In this document: one piece after another, positions 52,561 to 64,000 of the stretch
Layout: each line of letters begins with the position of its first letter
Position numbering within the stretch: the stretch's first letter is position 1
Source: Callorhinchus milii
Taxonomy: Eukaryota
Direction of reading: 5' to 3'
DNA length: 64,000 nt
Assembly (NCBI RefSeq): GCF_018977255.1
Contig: NW_024704742.1
Coordinates: 95,234,001-95,298,000, forward strand
Program-made: the position numbers and the translations under genes
The notes under the pieces: generated by a model
Told to the model about the DNA's origin: nothing
Databases searched by the model: none
What the model saw: only the letters and a program-made list of their open reading frames with translations

Positions 52561-52563
52561 GAG
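52465..52563 (+). CDS. UBQLN1: Ubiquilin-1 first coding exon (start of UBL domain)
   Basis: gcgATGG; MAESAATRTIRVTVKTPKDKEEFELGPESNIRE|gtcagt; VTVKTPK-KEEF ubiquilin motif; paralogue assigned by KIF27-GKAP1 synteny. Confidence 0.88.
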
Positions 52564-53735
52564 GTCAGTGTGTGCCCTCAGGGCCGGAGAGTAACATCAG
52601 GGAGGTCAGTGTGTGCCCTCAGGGCCGGAGAGTAACATCAGGGAGGTCAGTGTGTGCCCTCAGGGCCGAGAGTAACATCAGGGAGGTCAGTGTGTGCCCT
52701 CAGGACACAGAGAGTAACATCAGGGAGGTCAGTGTGTGCCCTCAGGGCCGGAGAGTAACATCAGGGAGGTCAGTGTGTGCCCTCAGGGCCGGAGAGTAAC
52801 ATCAGGGAGGTCAGTGTGTGCCCTCGGACACAGAGAGTAACATCAGGGAGGTCAGTGTGTGCCCTCAGGGCCGGAGAGTAACATCAGGGAGGTCAGTGTG
52901 TGCCCTCAGGGCCGGAGAGTAACATCAGGGAGGTCAGTGTGTGCCCTCAGGGCCAGAGAGTAACATCAGGGAGGTCAGTGTGTGCCCTCAGGGACACAGA
53001 GAGTAACATCAGGGAGGTCAGTGTGTGCCCTCAGGGCCGGAGAGTAACATCAGGGAGGTCAGTGTGTGCCCTCAGGGCCGGAGAGTAACATCAGGGAGGT
53101 CAGTGTGTGCCCTCAGGGCCGGAGAGTAACATCAGGGAGGTCAATGTGTGCCCTCGGACACAGAGAGTAACATCAGGGAGGTCAGTGTGTGCCCTCAGGG
53201 ACACAGAGAGTAACATCAGGGAGGTCAGTGTGTGCCCTCGGAGCCCGAGAGTAACATCAGGGAGGTCAGTGTGTGCCCTCGGACACAGAGAGTAACATCA
53301 GGGAGGTCAGTGTGTGCCCTCAGGGACACAGAGAGTAACATCAGGGAGGTCAGTGTGTGCCCTCAGGGCCGGAGAGTAACATCAGGGAGGTCAGTGTGTG
53401 CCCTCAGGGACACAGAGAGTAACATCAGGGAGATCAGTGTGTGCCCTCAGGGACACAGAGAGTAACATCAGGGAGGTCAGTGTGTGCCCTCAGGGCCGGA
53501 GAGTAACATCAGGGAGGTCAGTGTGTGCCCTCAGGGACACAGAGAGAGAGTAACACCAGGGAGGTCAGTGTGTGCCCTCAGGGCCGGAGAGTAACATCAG
53601 GGAGGTCAGTGTGTGCCCTCAGGGACACAGAGTAACATCAGGGAGGTCAGTGTGTGCCCTCAGGGACACAGAGAGTAACATCAGGGAGGTCAGTGTGTGC
53701 CCTCAGGGACACAGAGAGTAACATGAGGGAGGTGA
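52546..53735 (+). repeat. ~41-bp minisatellite containing UBQLN1 exon-1 end and splice donor
   Basis: gagagtaacatcagggag|gtcagtgtgtgccctcagggccg, about 28-29 copies. Confidence 0.95.
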
Positions 53736-56710
53736 GTGTCTGCCGTCAGGGAGATAGAGAGAGAGTAACATCAGGGAGATATAGAGAGAGTAACATCAGG
53801 GAGATATAGAGAGAGTAACATCAGGGAGTTGAGTGTCTGCCATTGGGGAGATAGAGAGAGAGAGTAACATCCCGGAGATAGAGAGAGTAACATCAGGGAG
53901 ATAGAGAGAGAGTAACATCAGTGATGTGAGTGTCTGCCGTCAGGGAGATAGAGAGAGAGTAACATCAGGGAGATAGAGAGAGAGTAACATCAGGGAGATA
54001 TAGAGAGAGTAACATCAGGGAGATAGAGAATGAGGGTAACATCAGGGAGATAGAGAATGAGAGTAACATCAGTGAGATAGAGAGAGAGTAACATGAGGGA
54101 GGTGAGTGTCTGCCATCAGGGAGATAGAGAGAGAGTAACATCAGTGATGTGAGTGTCTGCCATCAGAGAGATAGAGAGAGAGTAACATCCCGGAGATAGA
54201 GAGAGTAACATCAGGGAGATAGAGAGAGAGTAACATCAGTGATGTGAGTGTCTGCCGTCAGGGAGATATAGAGAGAGTAACATCAGGGAGATAGAGAATG
54301 AGGGTAACATCAGGGAGATAGAGAGAGAGTAACATCAGTGATGTGAGTGTCTGCCGTCAGGGAGATATAGAGAGAGTAACATCAGGGAGATAGAGAATGA
54401 GGGTAACATCAGGGAGATAGAGAATGAGGGTAACATCAGTGAGATAGAGAGCGAGTAACATGAGGGAGGTGAGTGTCTGCCATTGGGGAGATAGAGAGAG
54501 AGTAGCGTCAGGGAGATAGAGAGAGAGTAACATCAGGGAGGTTAATGTCTGCCATCAGGGAGATAGAGAGAGAGTAACATCCCGGAGATAGAGAGAGTAA
54601 CATCAGGGAGATAGAGAGAGAGTAACATCAGTGATGTGAGTGTCTGCCGTCAGGGAGATAGAGAGAGAGTAACATCAGGGAGATAGAGAATGAGAGTAAC
54701 ATGAGGGAGGTGAGTGTCTGCCATCAGAGAGATAGAGAGAGAGTAACATCAGTGATGTGAGTGTCTGCCATCAGAGCGATAGAGAGTAACATCAGGGAGA
54801 TAGAGAGAGTAACTTCAGGGAGGTATTTGTCTGCCGTCAGGGAAATAGAGAGAGAGTAACATCAGGGCGGTGAGTGTCTGCCGTCAGGGAGATAGAGAGA
54901 GAGTAACATCAGGGAGATAGAGAGAGAGTACCATCAGGGAGGTGAGTGTCTGCCGTCAGGGAGATAGAGAGAGAGTAACATCAGGGAGGTGAGTGTCTGC
55001 CGTCAGGGAGATAGAGAGAGAGTAACATCAGGGAGATAGAGAGAGAGTAACATCAGGGAGGTGAGTGTCTGCCATCAGGGAGATAGAGAGAGAGTAACAT
55101 CCCGGAGATAGAGAGAGTAACATCAGGGAGATAGAGAGAGAGTAACATCAGTGATGTGAGTGTCTGCCGTCAGGGAGATATAGAGAGAGTAACATCAGGG
55201 AGATAGAGAATGAGGGTAACATCAGGGAGATAGAGAGAGAGTAACATGAGGGAGATAGAGAGAGAGTAGCATCAGTGATGTGAGTGTGCCATCAGAGAGA
55301 TAGAGAGTAACATCAGGGAGGTGAGTGTCTGCCATCAGGGAGATAGAGAGAGAGTAACATCCCGGAGATAGAGAGAGTAACATCAGGGAGATAGAGAGAG
55401 AGTAACATGAGGGAGGTGAGTGTCTGCCATCAGGGAGATAGAGAGAGAGTAGCGTCAGGGAGATAGAGAGAGAGTAACATCAGGGCGGTGAGTGTCTGCC
55501 ATCAGGGAGATAGAGAGAGAGTAACATCCCGGAGATAGAGAGAGTAACATCAGGGAGATAGAGAGAGAGTAACATCAGGGAGATAGAGAATGAGGGTAAC
55601 ATCAGGGAGATAGAGAATGAGAGTAACATCAGTGAGATAGAGAGAGAGTAACATGAGGGAGGTGAGTGTCTGCCATCAGAGAGATAGAGAGAGAGTAACA
55701 TCAGTGATGTGAGTGTCTGCCATCAGAGCGATAGAGAGAGAGTAACATCAGGGAGATAGAGAGAGTAACTTCAGGGAGGTATTTGTCTGCCGTCAGGGAA
55801 ATAGAGAGAGAGTAACATCAGGGCGGTGAGTGTCTGCCGTCAGGGAGATAGAGAGAGATTAACGTCAGGGAGATAGAGAGAGAGTAACATCAGGGAGTTG
55901 AGTGTCTGCCATCAGGGAGATAGAGAGAGAGTAACATCCCGGAGATAGAGAGAGAGTAACATCAGGGAGATAGAGAGAGAGTAACATCAGGGAGATAGAG
56001 AATGAGGGTAACATCAAGGAGATAGAGAGAGAGTAACATCCCGGAGATAGAGAGAGAGTAACATCAGGGAGATAGGGAGAGAGTAACATCAGGGAGATAG
56101 AGAATGAGAGTAACATCAAGGAGATAGAGAGAGAGTAACATCAGGGAGATATAGAGAGAGTAACATCAGTGATGTGAGTGTCTGCCATCAGGGAGGTAGA
56201 GAGAGAGTAACATCAGGGAGGTGAGTGTCTGCCATCACGGAGATAGACACAGAGTAACATCAGGGAGATAGAGAGAGAGTAACATCAGGGAGATAGAGAG
56301 AGAGTAACATCCCGGAGATAGAGAGAGTAACGTCAGGGAGATAGAGAGAGAGTAACATCAGGGAGTTGAGTGTCTGCCATTGGGGAGATAGAGAGAGAGT
56401 AACGTCAGGGAGATAGAGAGAGAGTAACATCAGGGAGATAGAGAGAGAGTAATATCAGGGAGGTTGGTGTGTAACATTGGAGAGAGAGTAACATTAGGGA
56501 GAGAGATATAGAGAGTAACATCAGGGAGGTGATCGTATAACATCAGAGTGTAACATCGGCGAGATGAGTGCAGAGCAACATCAGCGATATGACTGCACAG
56601 AGTAACGTCAGGGAGTAATATCAAGAGACGTGAGTGCAGAGAGTATCATCAGGGAGGTGAGTGTGCAGAGAGAGAGTAATATCAGAGAGATATAGAGAGT
56701 AATATCAGAG
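53736..56710 (+). repeat. Derived satellite gagagtaacatcagggagataga with gtgagtgtctgcc variants
   Basis: Continuation of the same core, more heterogeneous. Confidence 0.93.
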
Positions 56711-57874
56711 GGAACATAGGAACAGGAGTGGGTCATTCAGCCCCTCAAGCCTGTTTTGTCATTCTGTAAGATTGTGGGTTATCTTTACCTCAACCCCACT
56801 TCCCTCCCCGGGCCCCCATATCCCTTGGTGCCCTTACCTAACGAATATCCACCTCAGTCTTGGAAATTTGAATGGAGCGAGAGAGAGTAACATCAGGGAG
56901 GTGTGTGCAGAGCGAGTAATATAATAATAAATAATGCTTGCATTTGATATAGTGCCTTATCGAGTCTTCGAGACGTCCCAAAGCGCTTCACAGAATACAC
57001 TGAAGTGAATTGACTGTATATCTTATATTGGACAGAGACAGACATGAATCAGGTAGGCCGACACAGAGAGAATCTCACGCGCACACAGAGACGGGCAGAG
57101 AGAGAGTAAGAGTGACATCAGAGACGTGAGAGCAGAGGGAGAGTAACATCAGAGTGGTCAGTCTAGAGAGAGAGGGATATTAGTGAGGTGAATGTGGAGA
57201 GGGGAACATCAGAGAGGTGAGTGCAGAAAGGGAGAGAGAGACGAACGGAGAGAGAAACACACGCGCGCTGACAGAGAAAGGCACACACACATACAGACAA
57301 AGAGACACAGACAGACAGGAAGAGACACACACACGCTGACAGAGACAGACTAGAGAGAGACGAACACGCAGAGTGAGACACACAGACATTCGGAAGAGAG
57401 AGACAGACACGCGCAGACGGACAGAGAGAGAGGAGTCAGCCAGAAAGCGGGAGTGAGGGACGGGAGAGGGATCGGAAGGAGGAGAGGGAGTAGAGAAATG
57501 AGAGAATTAAAGAGTGTGTAGGCGAGAGTGAGGGGGAGGCCTGCACAGGGAGCACGTGAGGGGGAGGTGGACACAGAGAGGGAGAGAAGTAGGGAGAAGA
57601 GAAGAGCAGTAGGGGACACAGATAGAGAGGGGGGAGACGACAGACAGACATGCATCGGTCAGCCGACAGAGAAACGCGCGCACACACAGCGACAGGCAGA
57701 CAGACGTGCACTCAGATATGGAGTCAGGCAGGGAGACAATATAATTAGGCAGTCGGGGGTGGGGCGGACATGCGACATGTAGGCAAATGCACACACAGAC
57801 ACACACACACCCTAAGACAGAGAAACACAGGCGCACAGTGAAAGAGAGAAAAGGCCTGAGCCAGAAACAAAAAG

Positions 57875-60800
57875 AGACAGCCAGAGAGAGCCTCACACAC
57901 ACCCACAGCCAGAGAGAAACTAATACACACACAACCAAAGAGACCGTCTCACGCACGTACACACACATAACCAGAGAGACCTCACACACGTACAGCCAGA
58001 GAGAGTCTCGCACATATACAGCCAGAGAGAGTCTCGCACATACACAGCCAGAGAGAGCCTCACACACATACAGCCAGAGAGTCTTGCACATATACAGCCA
58101 GAGAGAGTCTCGCACATATACAGCCAGAGAGAGTCTCGCACATATACAGCCAGAGAGAGTCTCGCACATACACAGCCAGAGAGAGTCTCGCACATACACA
58201 GCCAGAGAGAGTCTCGCACATACACAGCCAGAGAGAGTCTCGCACATACACAGCCAGAGAGAGCCTCGCACATACACAGCCAGAGAGAGTCTCGCACATA
58301 CACAGCCAGAGGGAGTCTCGCACATACACAGCCAGAGAGAGCCTCGCACATACACAGCCAGAGAGAGTCTCGCACATACACAGCCAGAGAGAGCCTCGCA
58401 CATACACAGCCAGAGAGAGCCTCACACACACAGCCAGAGAGAGCCTCACACACACAGCCAGGGAGAGCCTCACAGACACAGCCAGGGAGAGCCTCACACA
58501 CACAGCCAGGGAGAGCCTCACACACATACACAGCCGTGGAGAGCCTCGCACATACACAGCCAGGGAGAGCCTCACACACATACACAGCCAGGGAGAGCCT
58601 CACACACACAGCTAGGGAGAGCCTCACACACACACACAGCCAGAGAGAGCCCTCACACACATACACAGCCAGAGAGAGCCCTCACACACACAGCCAGAGA
58701 GAGCCCTCACACACACACACAGCCAGAGAGAGCCCTCACACACACAGCCAGGAGAGCCCTCACACACACACACAGCCAGGGAGAGCCGCGCACATACACA
58801 GCCAGGGAGAGCCCTCACACACATACACAGCCAGAGAGAGCCCTCACACACACAGCCAGAGAGAGCCCTCACACACACACACAGCCAGAGAGAGCCCTCA
58901 CACACACAGCCAGGGAGAGCCCTCACACACACACACAGCCAGGGAGAGCCGCGCACATACACAGCCAGGGAGAGCCTCACACACATACACAGCCATGGAG
59001 AGCCTCACACACATACACAGCCATGGAGAGCCTCACACACACACAGCCAGGGAGAGCCTCACACACACAGCCAGAGAGAGCCTCACACACACACAGCCAG
59101 AGAGAGCCTCACAAATACACAGCCAGAGAGAGCCTCACACACACACAGCCAGAGAGAGCCGCGCACACACAGCCAGTGAGAGCCTCTCACACACACACAG
59201 CCAGTGAGAGCCTCACACACACACACACAGCCAGAGAGAGCCCTCACACGCACAGCCAGAGAGAGCCCTCACACACACACACAGCCAGGGAGAGCCTCAC
59301 ACACATACACAGCTATGGAGAGCCTCACACATACACAGCCAGAGAGAGCCTCGCACATACACAGCCAGAGAGAGCCTCGTACATACACAGCCAGAGAGAG
59401 CCTCACACACAGCCAGAGAGAGCCGCGCACATACACAGCCAGAGAGAGCCTCGCACATACACAGCCAGTGAGAGCCGCGCACACACACACACAGCCAGAG
59501 AGAGCCTCACACACAGCCAGAGAGAGCCTCGCACATACACAGCCAGAGAGAGCCTCGCACATACACAGCCAGAGAGAGCCGCGCACATACACAGCCAGAG
59601 AGAGCCTCGCACATACACAGCCAGTGAGAGCCGCGCACACACACACACAGCCAGAGAGAGCCTCACACACAGCCAGGGAGAGCCGCGCACACACAGCCAG
59701 GGAGAGCCTCACACACAGCCAGGGAGAGCCTCACACACAGCCAGGGAGAGCCGCGCACACACAGCCAGGGAGAGCCTCTCACACACAGCCAGAGAGAGCC
59801 CTCACACACAGCCAGGGAGAGCTGCGCACACACAGCCAGGGAGAGCCGCGCACACACAGCCAGAGAGAGCCTCACACACACAGCCATGGAGAGCCTCTCA
59901 CACACACACAGCCAGTGAGAGCCTCTCACACACACACACACACAGCCAGGGAGAGCCTCACACACACACACAGCCAGGGAGAGCCTCACACACAGCCAGT
60001 GAGAGCCTCTCACACACACACACAGCCAGTGAGAGCCTCTCACACACACACACAGCCAGAGAGAGCCCTCACACACACACAGCCAGTGACACGCACACAC
60101 AGCCAGAGAGGCTCACTCACACACACATAGCCAGAGAGAGGCTCACTCACACACACACAGCCAGAGAGAGGCTCACTCACACACACATAGCCAGAGAGAG
60201 GCTCACTCACACACACACAGCCAGAGAGAGGCTCACTCACACACACACAGCCAGAGAGAGCCCTCACACGCACAGCCAGAGAGAGCCCTCACACACACAC
60301 ACAGCCATGGAGAGCCTCGCACATACACAGCCAGAGAGAGCCCTCACACACAGCCAGAGAGAGCCTCACACACACAGCCAGAGAGAGCCTCACACACACA
60401 GCCAGGGAGAGCCTCACACACATACACAGCCAGAGAGAGCCCTCACACACACAGCCAGGGAGAGCCTCACACACATACACAGCCAGGGAGAGCCTCGCAC
60501 ATACACAGCCAGGGAGAGCCTCACACACATACACAGCCATGGAGAGCCTCACACATACACAGCCAGAGAGAGCCGCGCACACACAGCCAGTGAGAGCCTC
60601 ACACACACACACACAGCCAGAGAGAGCCCTCACACGCACAGCCAGAGAGAGCCTCGCACATACACAGCCAGAGAGAGCCGCGCACATACACAGCCAGAGA
60701 GAGCCTCGCACATACACAGCCAGTGAGAGCCGCGCACACACACACAGCCAGAGAGAGCCTCACACACAGCCAGGGAGAGCCTCACACACATACACAGCCA

Positions 60801-62400
60801 GAGAGAGCCTCGCACATACACAGCCAGAGAGAGCCTCGCACATACACAGCCAGAGAGAGCCGCGCACATACACAGCCAGAGAGAGCCTCGCACATACACA
60901 GCCAGTGAGAGCCGCGCACACACACACAGCCAGAGAGAGCCTCACACACAGCCAGGGAGAGCCTCACACACAGCCAGGGAGAGCCTCACACACAGCCAGG
61001 GAGAGCCTCTCACACAGCCAGGGAGAGCCGCGCACACAGCCAGGGAGAGCCGCGCACACACAGCCAGGGAGAGACTCACACACACAGCCAGAGAGAGCCT
61101 CACACACACAGCCATGGAGAGCCTCTCACACACACACAGCCAGGGAGAGCCTCACACACAGCCAGGGAGAGTCTCACACACATACACAGCCAGGGAGAGC
61201 CTCACACATACACAGCCAGTGAGAGCCTCTCACACACACACACAGCCAGTGAGAGCCTCTCACACACACACACACACACAGCCAGGGAGAGCCTCACACA
61301 CAGCCAGGGAGAGCCTCACACACACAGCCAGAGAGAGCCTCACACACACACAGCCAGAGAGAGCCTCACAAATACACAGCCAGAGAGAGCCTCACACACA
61401 CACACACCCAGGGAGAGCCTCACACATACACAGCCAGAGAGAGCCTCACACACACACAGCCATGGAGAGCCTCACACACACACACAGCCAGGGAGAGCCT
61501 CACACACACACACAGCCAGGGAGAGCCTCACACACACACAGCCAGGGAGAGTCTCACACACACACAGCCAGGGAGAGCCTCTCACACACACACAGCCAGG
61601 GAGAGCCTCTCACATACACAGCCAGGGATAGCCTCACACATACACAGCCAGGGAGAGCCTCACACACACACAGCCAGGGAGAGTCTCACACACACACAGC
61701 CAGGGAGAGCCGCGCACACACAGCCAGTGAGAGCCTCTCACACGCACACACAGCCAGGGAGAGCCCTCACACACACACAGCCAGTGACACGCACACACAG
61801 CCAGAGAGGCTCACTCACACACACATAGCCAGAGAGAGGCTCACTCACATACACAGCCAGAGAGAGCCCTCACACACACACAGCCAGTGACACGCACACA
61901 CAGCCAGAGAGGCTCACTCACACACACATAGCCAGAGAGAGGCTCATTCACACACACACAGCCAGAGAGAGGCTCACTCACACACACATAGCCAGAGAGA
62001 CACGCACGCACACACAGCCAGTGACACGCACACACAGCCAGAGAGGCTCACTCACACACACATAGCCAGAGAGAGGCTCACTCACACACACATAGCCAGA
62101 GAGAGGCTCACTCACACACACATAGCCAGAGAGAGGCTCACTCACACACACATAGCCAGAGAGAGGCTCACTCACACACACACAGCCAGAGAGACACGCA
62201 CGCACACACAGCCAGAGAGACACGCACACACACAGCCAGTGACACGCACACACAGCCAGAGAGGCTCACACACACACATAGCCAGAGAGAGGCTCACACA
62301 CACACAGCCAGAAAGAGCCTCACATGCACACACAGCCAGAGAGAGCCTCACACACACACACACACACACAGCCAGAAAGAGCCTCTCGCATACACACTCA
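57875..62400. repeat. Complex (CA)n-GCCA-(GA)n-GCCT satellite
   Basis: cacacagccagagagagcct units over ~4.5 kb. Confidence 0.96.
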
Positions 62401-62685
62401 GCTAGAGAGAGCGTGACACAAAACAAAAATGTAGAGCCAGAGAGAGAGACGCCACACACAAGCTGACAGAGCCAGAGAGAACTTAAGACATGCACACCCA
62501 GATAAATAAAGACAGAGCCTCACATACACACACACAGAGCCAGAGAGCCTGACGAACACACACACACAGTTAGAGACAGCCTGACACAAGAACCTGTTTG
62601 AAATGCGTAGGATACTATGCAGATACATCACTAACTTTCTTGAATCTGTAAATAATAATCCTTGCATTTGATACAGCACCTTATC

Positions 62686-62894
62686 ATAATAATAATAATA
62701 ATAATCCTTGCATTTGATATAGCGCTTTTCACGTCGGGAGGGCGTCCCAAAGCGCTTCACAGAACACACTGTAAAGTGAATTGACTGTATATTTGTGGGC
62801 GAACGCGGCAGCCAATTGCGCACAGCAATGTCCCACAAACAGTCGTAGATTGAAAATGACCAATTTATTATTGTTTTTGGTGGGACTATTATTA
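62686..62894 (-). mobile_element. 5'-truncated SINE
   Basis: Near identical to the 3' half of 28288-28610. Confidence 0.85.
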
Positions 62895-63634
62895 TGTAGT
62901 CGAGACATATCAAAGCGCTTCAATGGAAATCCTGTGAAGTGGTGTGACTTGTATATTTTGTACACGATCGTGTGAATTACAGTGTCTGATTACAATATGG
63001 TGTATTTTGTCAGGTGGGGTAGGTTGGGAAAAGAAAGATGATCTGATTTTATTTTGTTAGCAGAGATCAAAAATGTAAGTATGTATACCATGGATGCATA
63101 CTTTATAATAATCCTTGCGTTCAGTATAGCACCTTATCACACTCAAAATGTTTCAAAGTGCTTAACAGGAATTTATGGTGAACTGTAGTGACTGTGTGTT
63201 TAACTTTACAGGGAGAAGGAAGTTTCTTATTTCTGATAGATGTTAGGGTAGTTAGAATGAGTTGGGAATATGCTATAGCTGTATAACTGTTTTTCTCTTA
63301 GATGTTTTGGAATTTGCAATTATTGTCTGGTTATTGAATTTTTTGCAACAGAATAGATCAAGTCACTGCATACTGTCTCACAATTTCCTTTTGAAAGTGA
63401 GTTTACAGTTAGAATATGTTCAAATGGGTGAGTGCTGTTGAGACTTTTGGAGCTGAAGTATTTGAAACTGTGTGCCGCAACTAAACCATGTTGGTTTGCT
63501 GATTGACACTTGCCAATAGTGTTATGAACAGGGCTCAGGTGGTGTAAATGCTCATCTTGTTGCTTTAAAAAGCTCAGAAATCTGCTTGGGGAATATTTAT
63601 ACCACACCTGTGCTATAGGCAATGTATTTAACCT

Positions 63635-64000
63635 CAGCCAATCTTCCAGTTAAATTTGAAGTTCACTTACTACTGAGAATCCCCCAGTGGATCAAGTTCA
63701 AAATCCCTGTTCTCAATTTTAAATCTCTCCAAGGCCTGCCTGCCCACGCGACCTTCTTCAACTCTACCATCCTGGCTGCTCCTTTCACCCAACGAGCAGC
63801 AGTCTGCTTTATACCCCCTACCCCATCATCAGCAGACGGGCTTTCAACCATTCTGCCCCGTTCTATTGAATGGAATCCCTCCTGCTTTCTCCCTCCCTAC
63901 CTCTTTCAAGGCTTGTTTCAAATCATACCCCTTTGACCACACTTTTAATCGTCTTTACCACATCTAAGGCCCGTGAAGGTGCTTCGAGACATTGTCCAGA
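63635..64000 (+). mobile_element. Degenerate L2 3' fragment
   Basis: IPQWIKFKIPVLNFKSLQGL resembles the L2 ORF2 C-terminus. Confidence 0.6.

Noticed and set aside
52546..53735. CRISPR-like regular repeat
   Set aside because: No unique spacers, no cas genes, eukaryotic intron
57787..60726. 979-aa ORF and overlapping ORFs
   Set aside because: Translation of a CA/GA satellite that lacks stops by composition; lies in UBQLN1 intron 1

Overview
Vertebrate genomic DNA, probably a cartilaginous fish (inferred from its tRNA-derived SINE and L2/CR1 content). It holds the syntenic block KIF27 - GKAP1 - UBQLN1, all on the + strand: the last 10 coding exons of KIF27 (549-14904), all 11 coding exons of GKAP1 (24209-44856, with an apparent 1-nt frameshift in a G run of the first one) and the first coding exon of UBQLN1 (52465-52563). 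Between GKAP1 and UBQLN1 is an intact minus-strand gene with 3 coding exons (51212-50985, 50784-50634, 48045-46766; 552 aa). It encodes an N-terminal Myb/SANT-like domain of the PIF/Harbinger type, has no neighbouring transposase, and sits head-to-head with UBQLN1 on a shared CpG island. This is a candidate domesticated transposon gene and the main finding. A ~41-bp minisatellite repeats the UBQLN1 exon-1 end and its splice donor about 28 times. The rest is L2/CR1 fragments, SINEs, MITE-like remnants and large simple-sequence satellites. Exon boundaries were read by eye from GT-AG sites and phase continuity.
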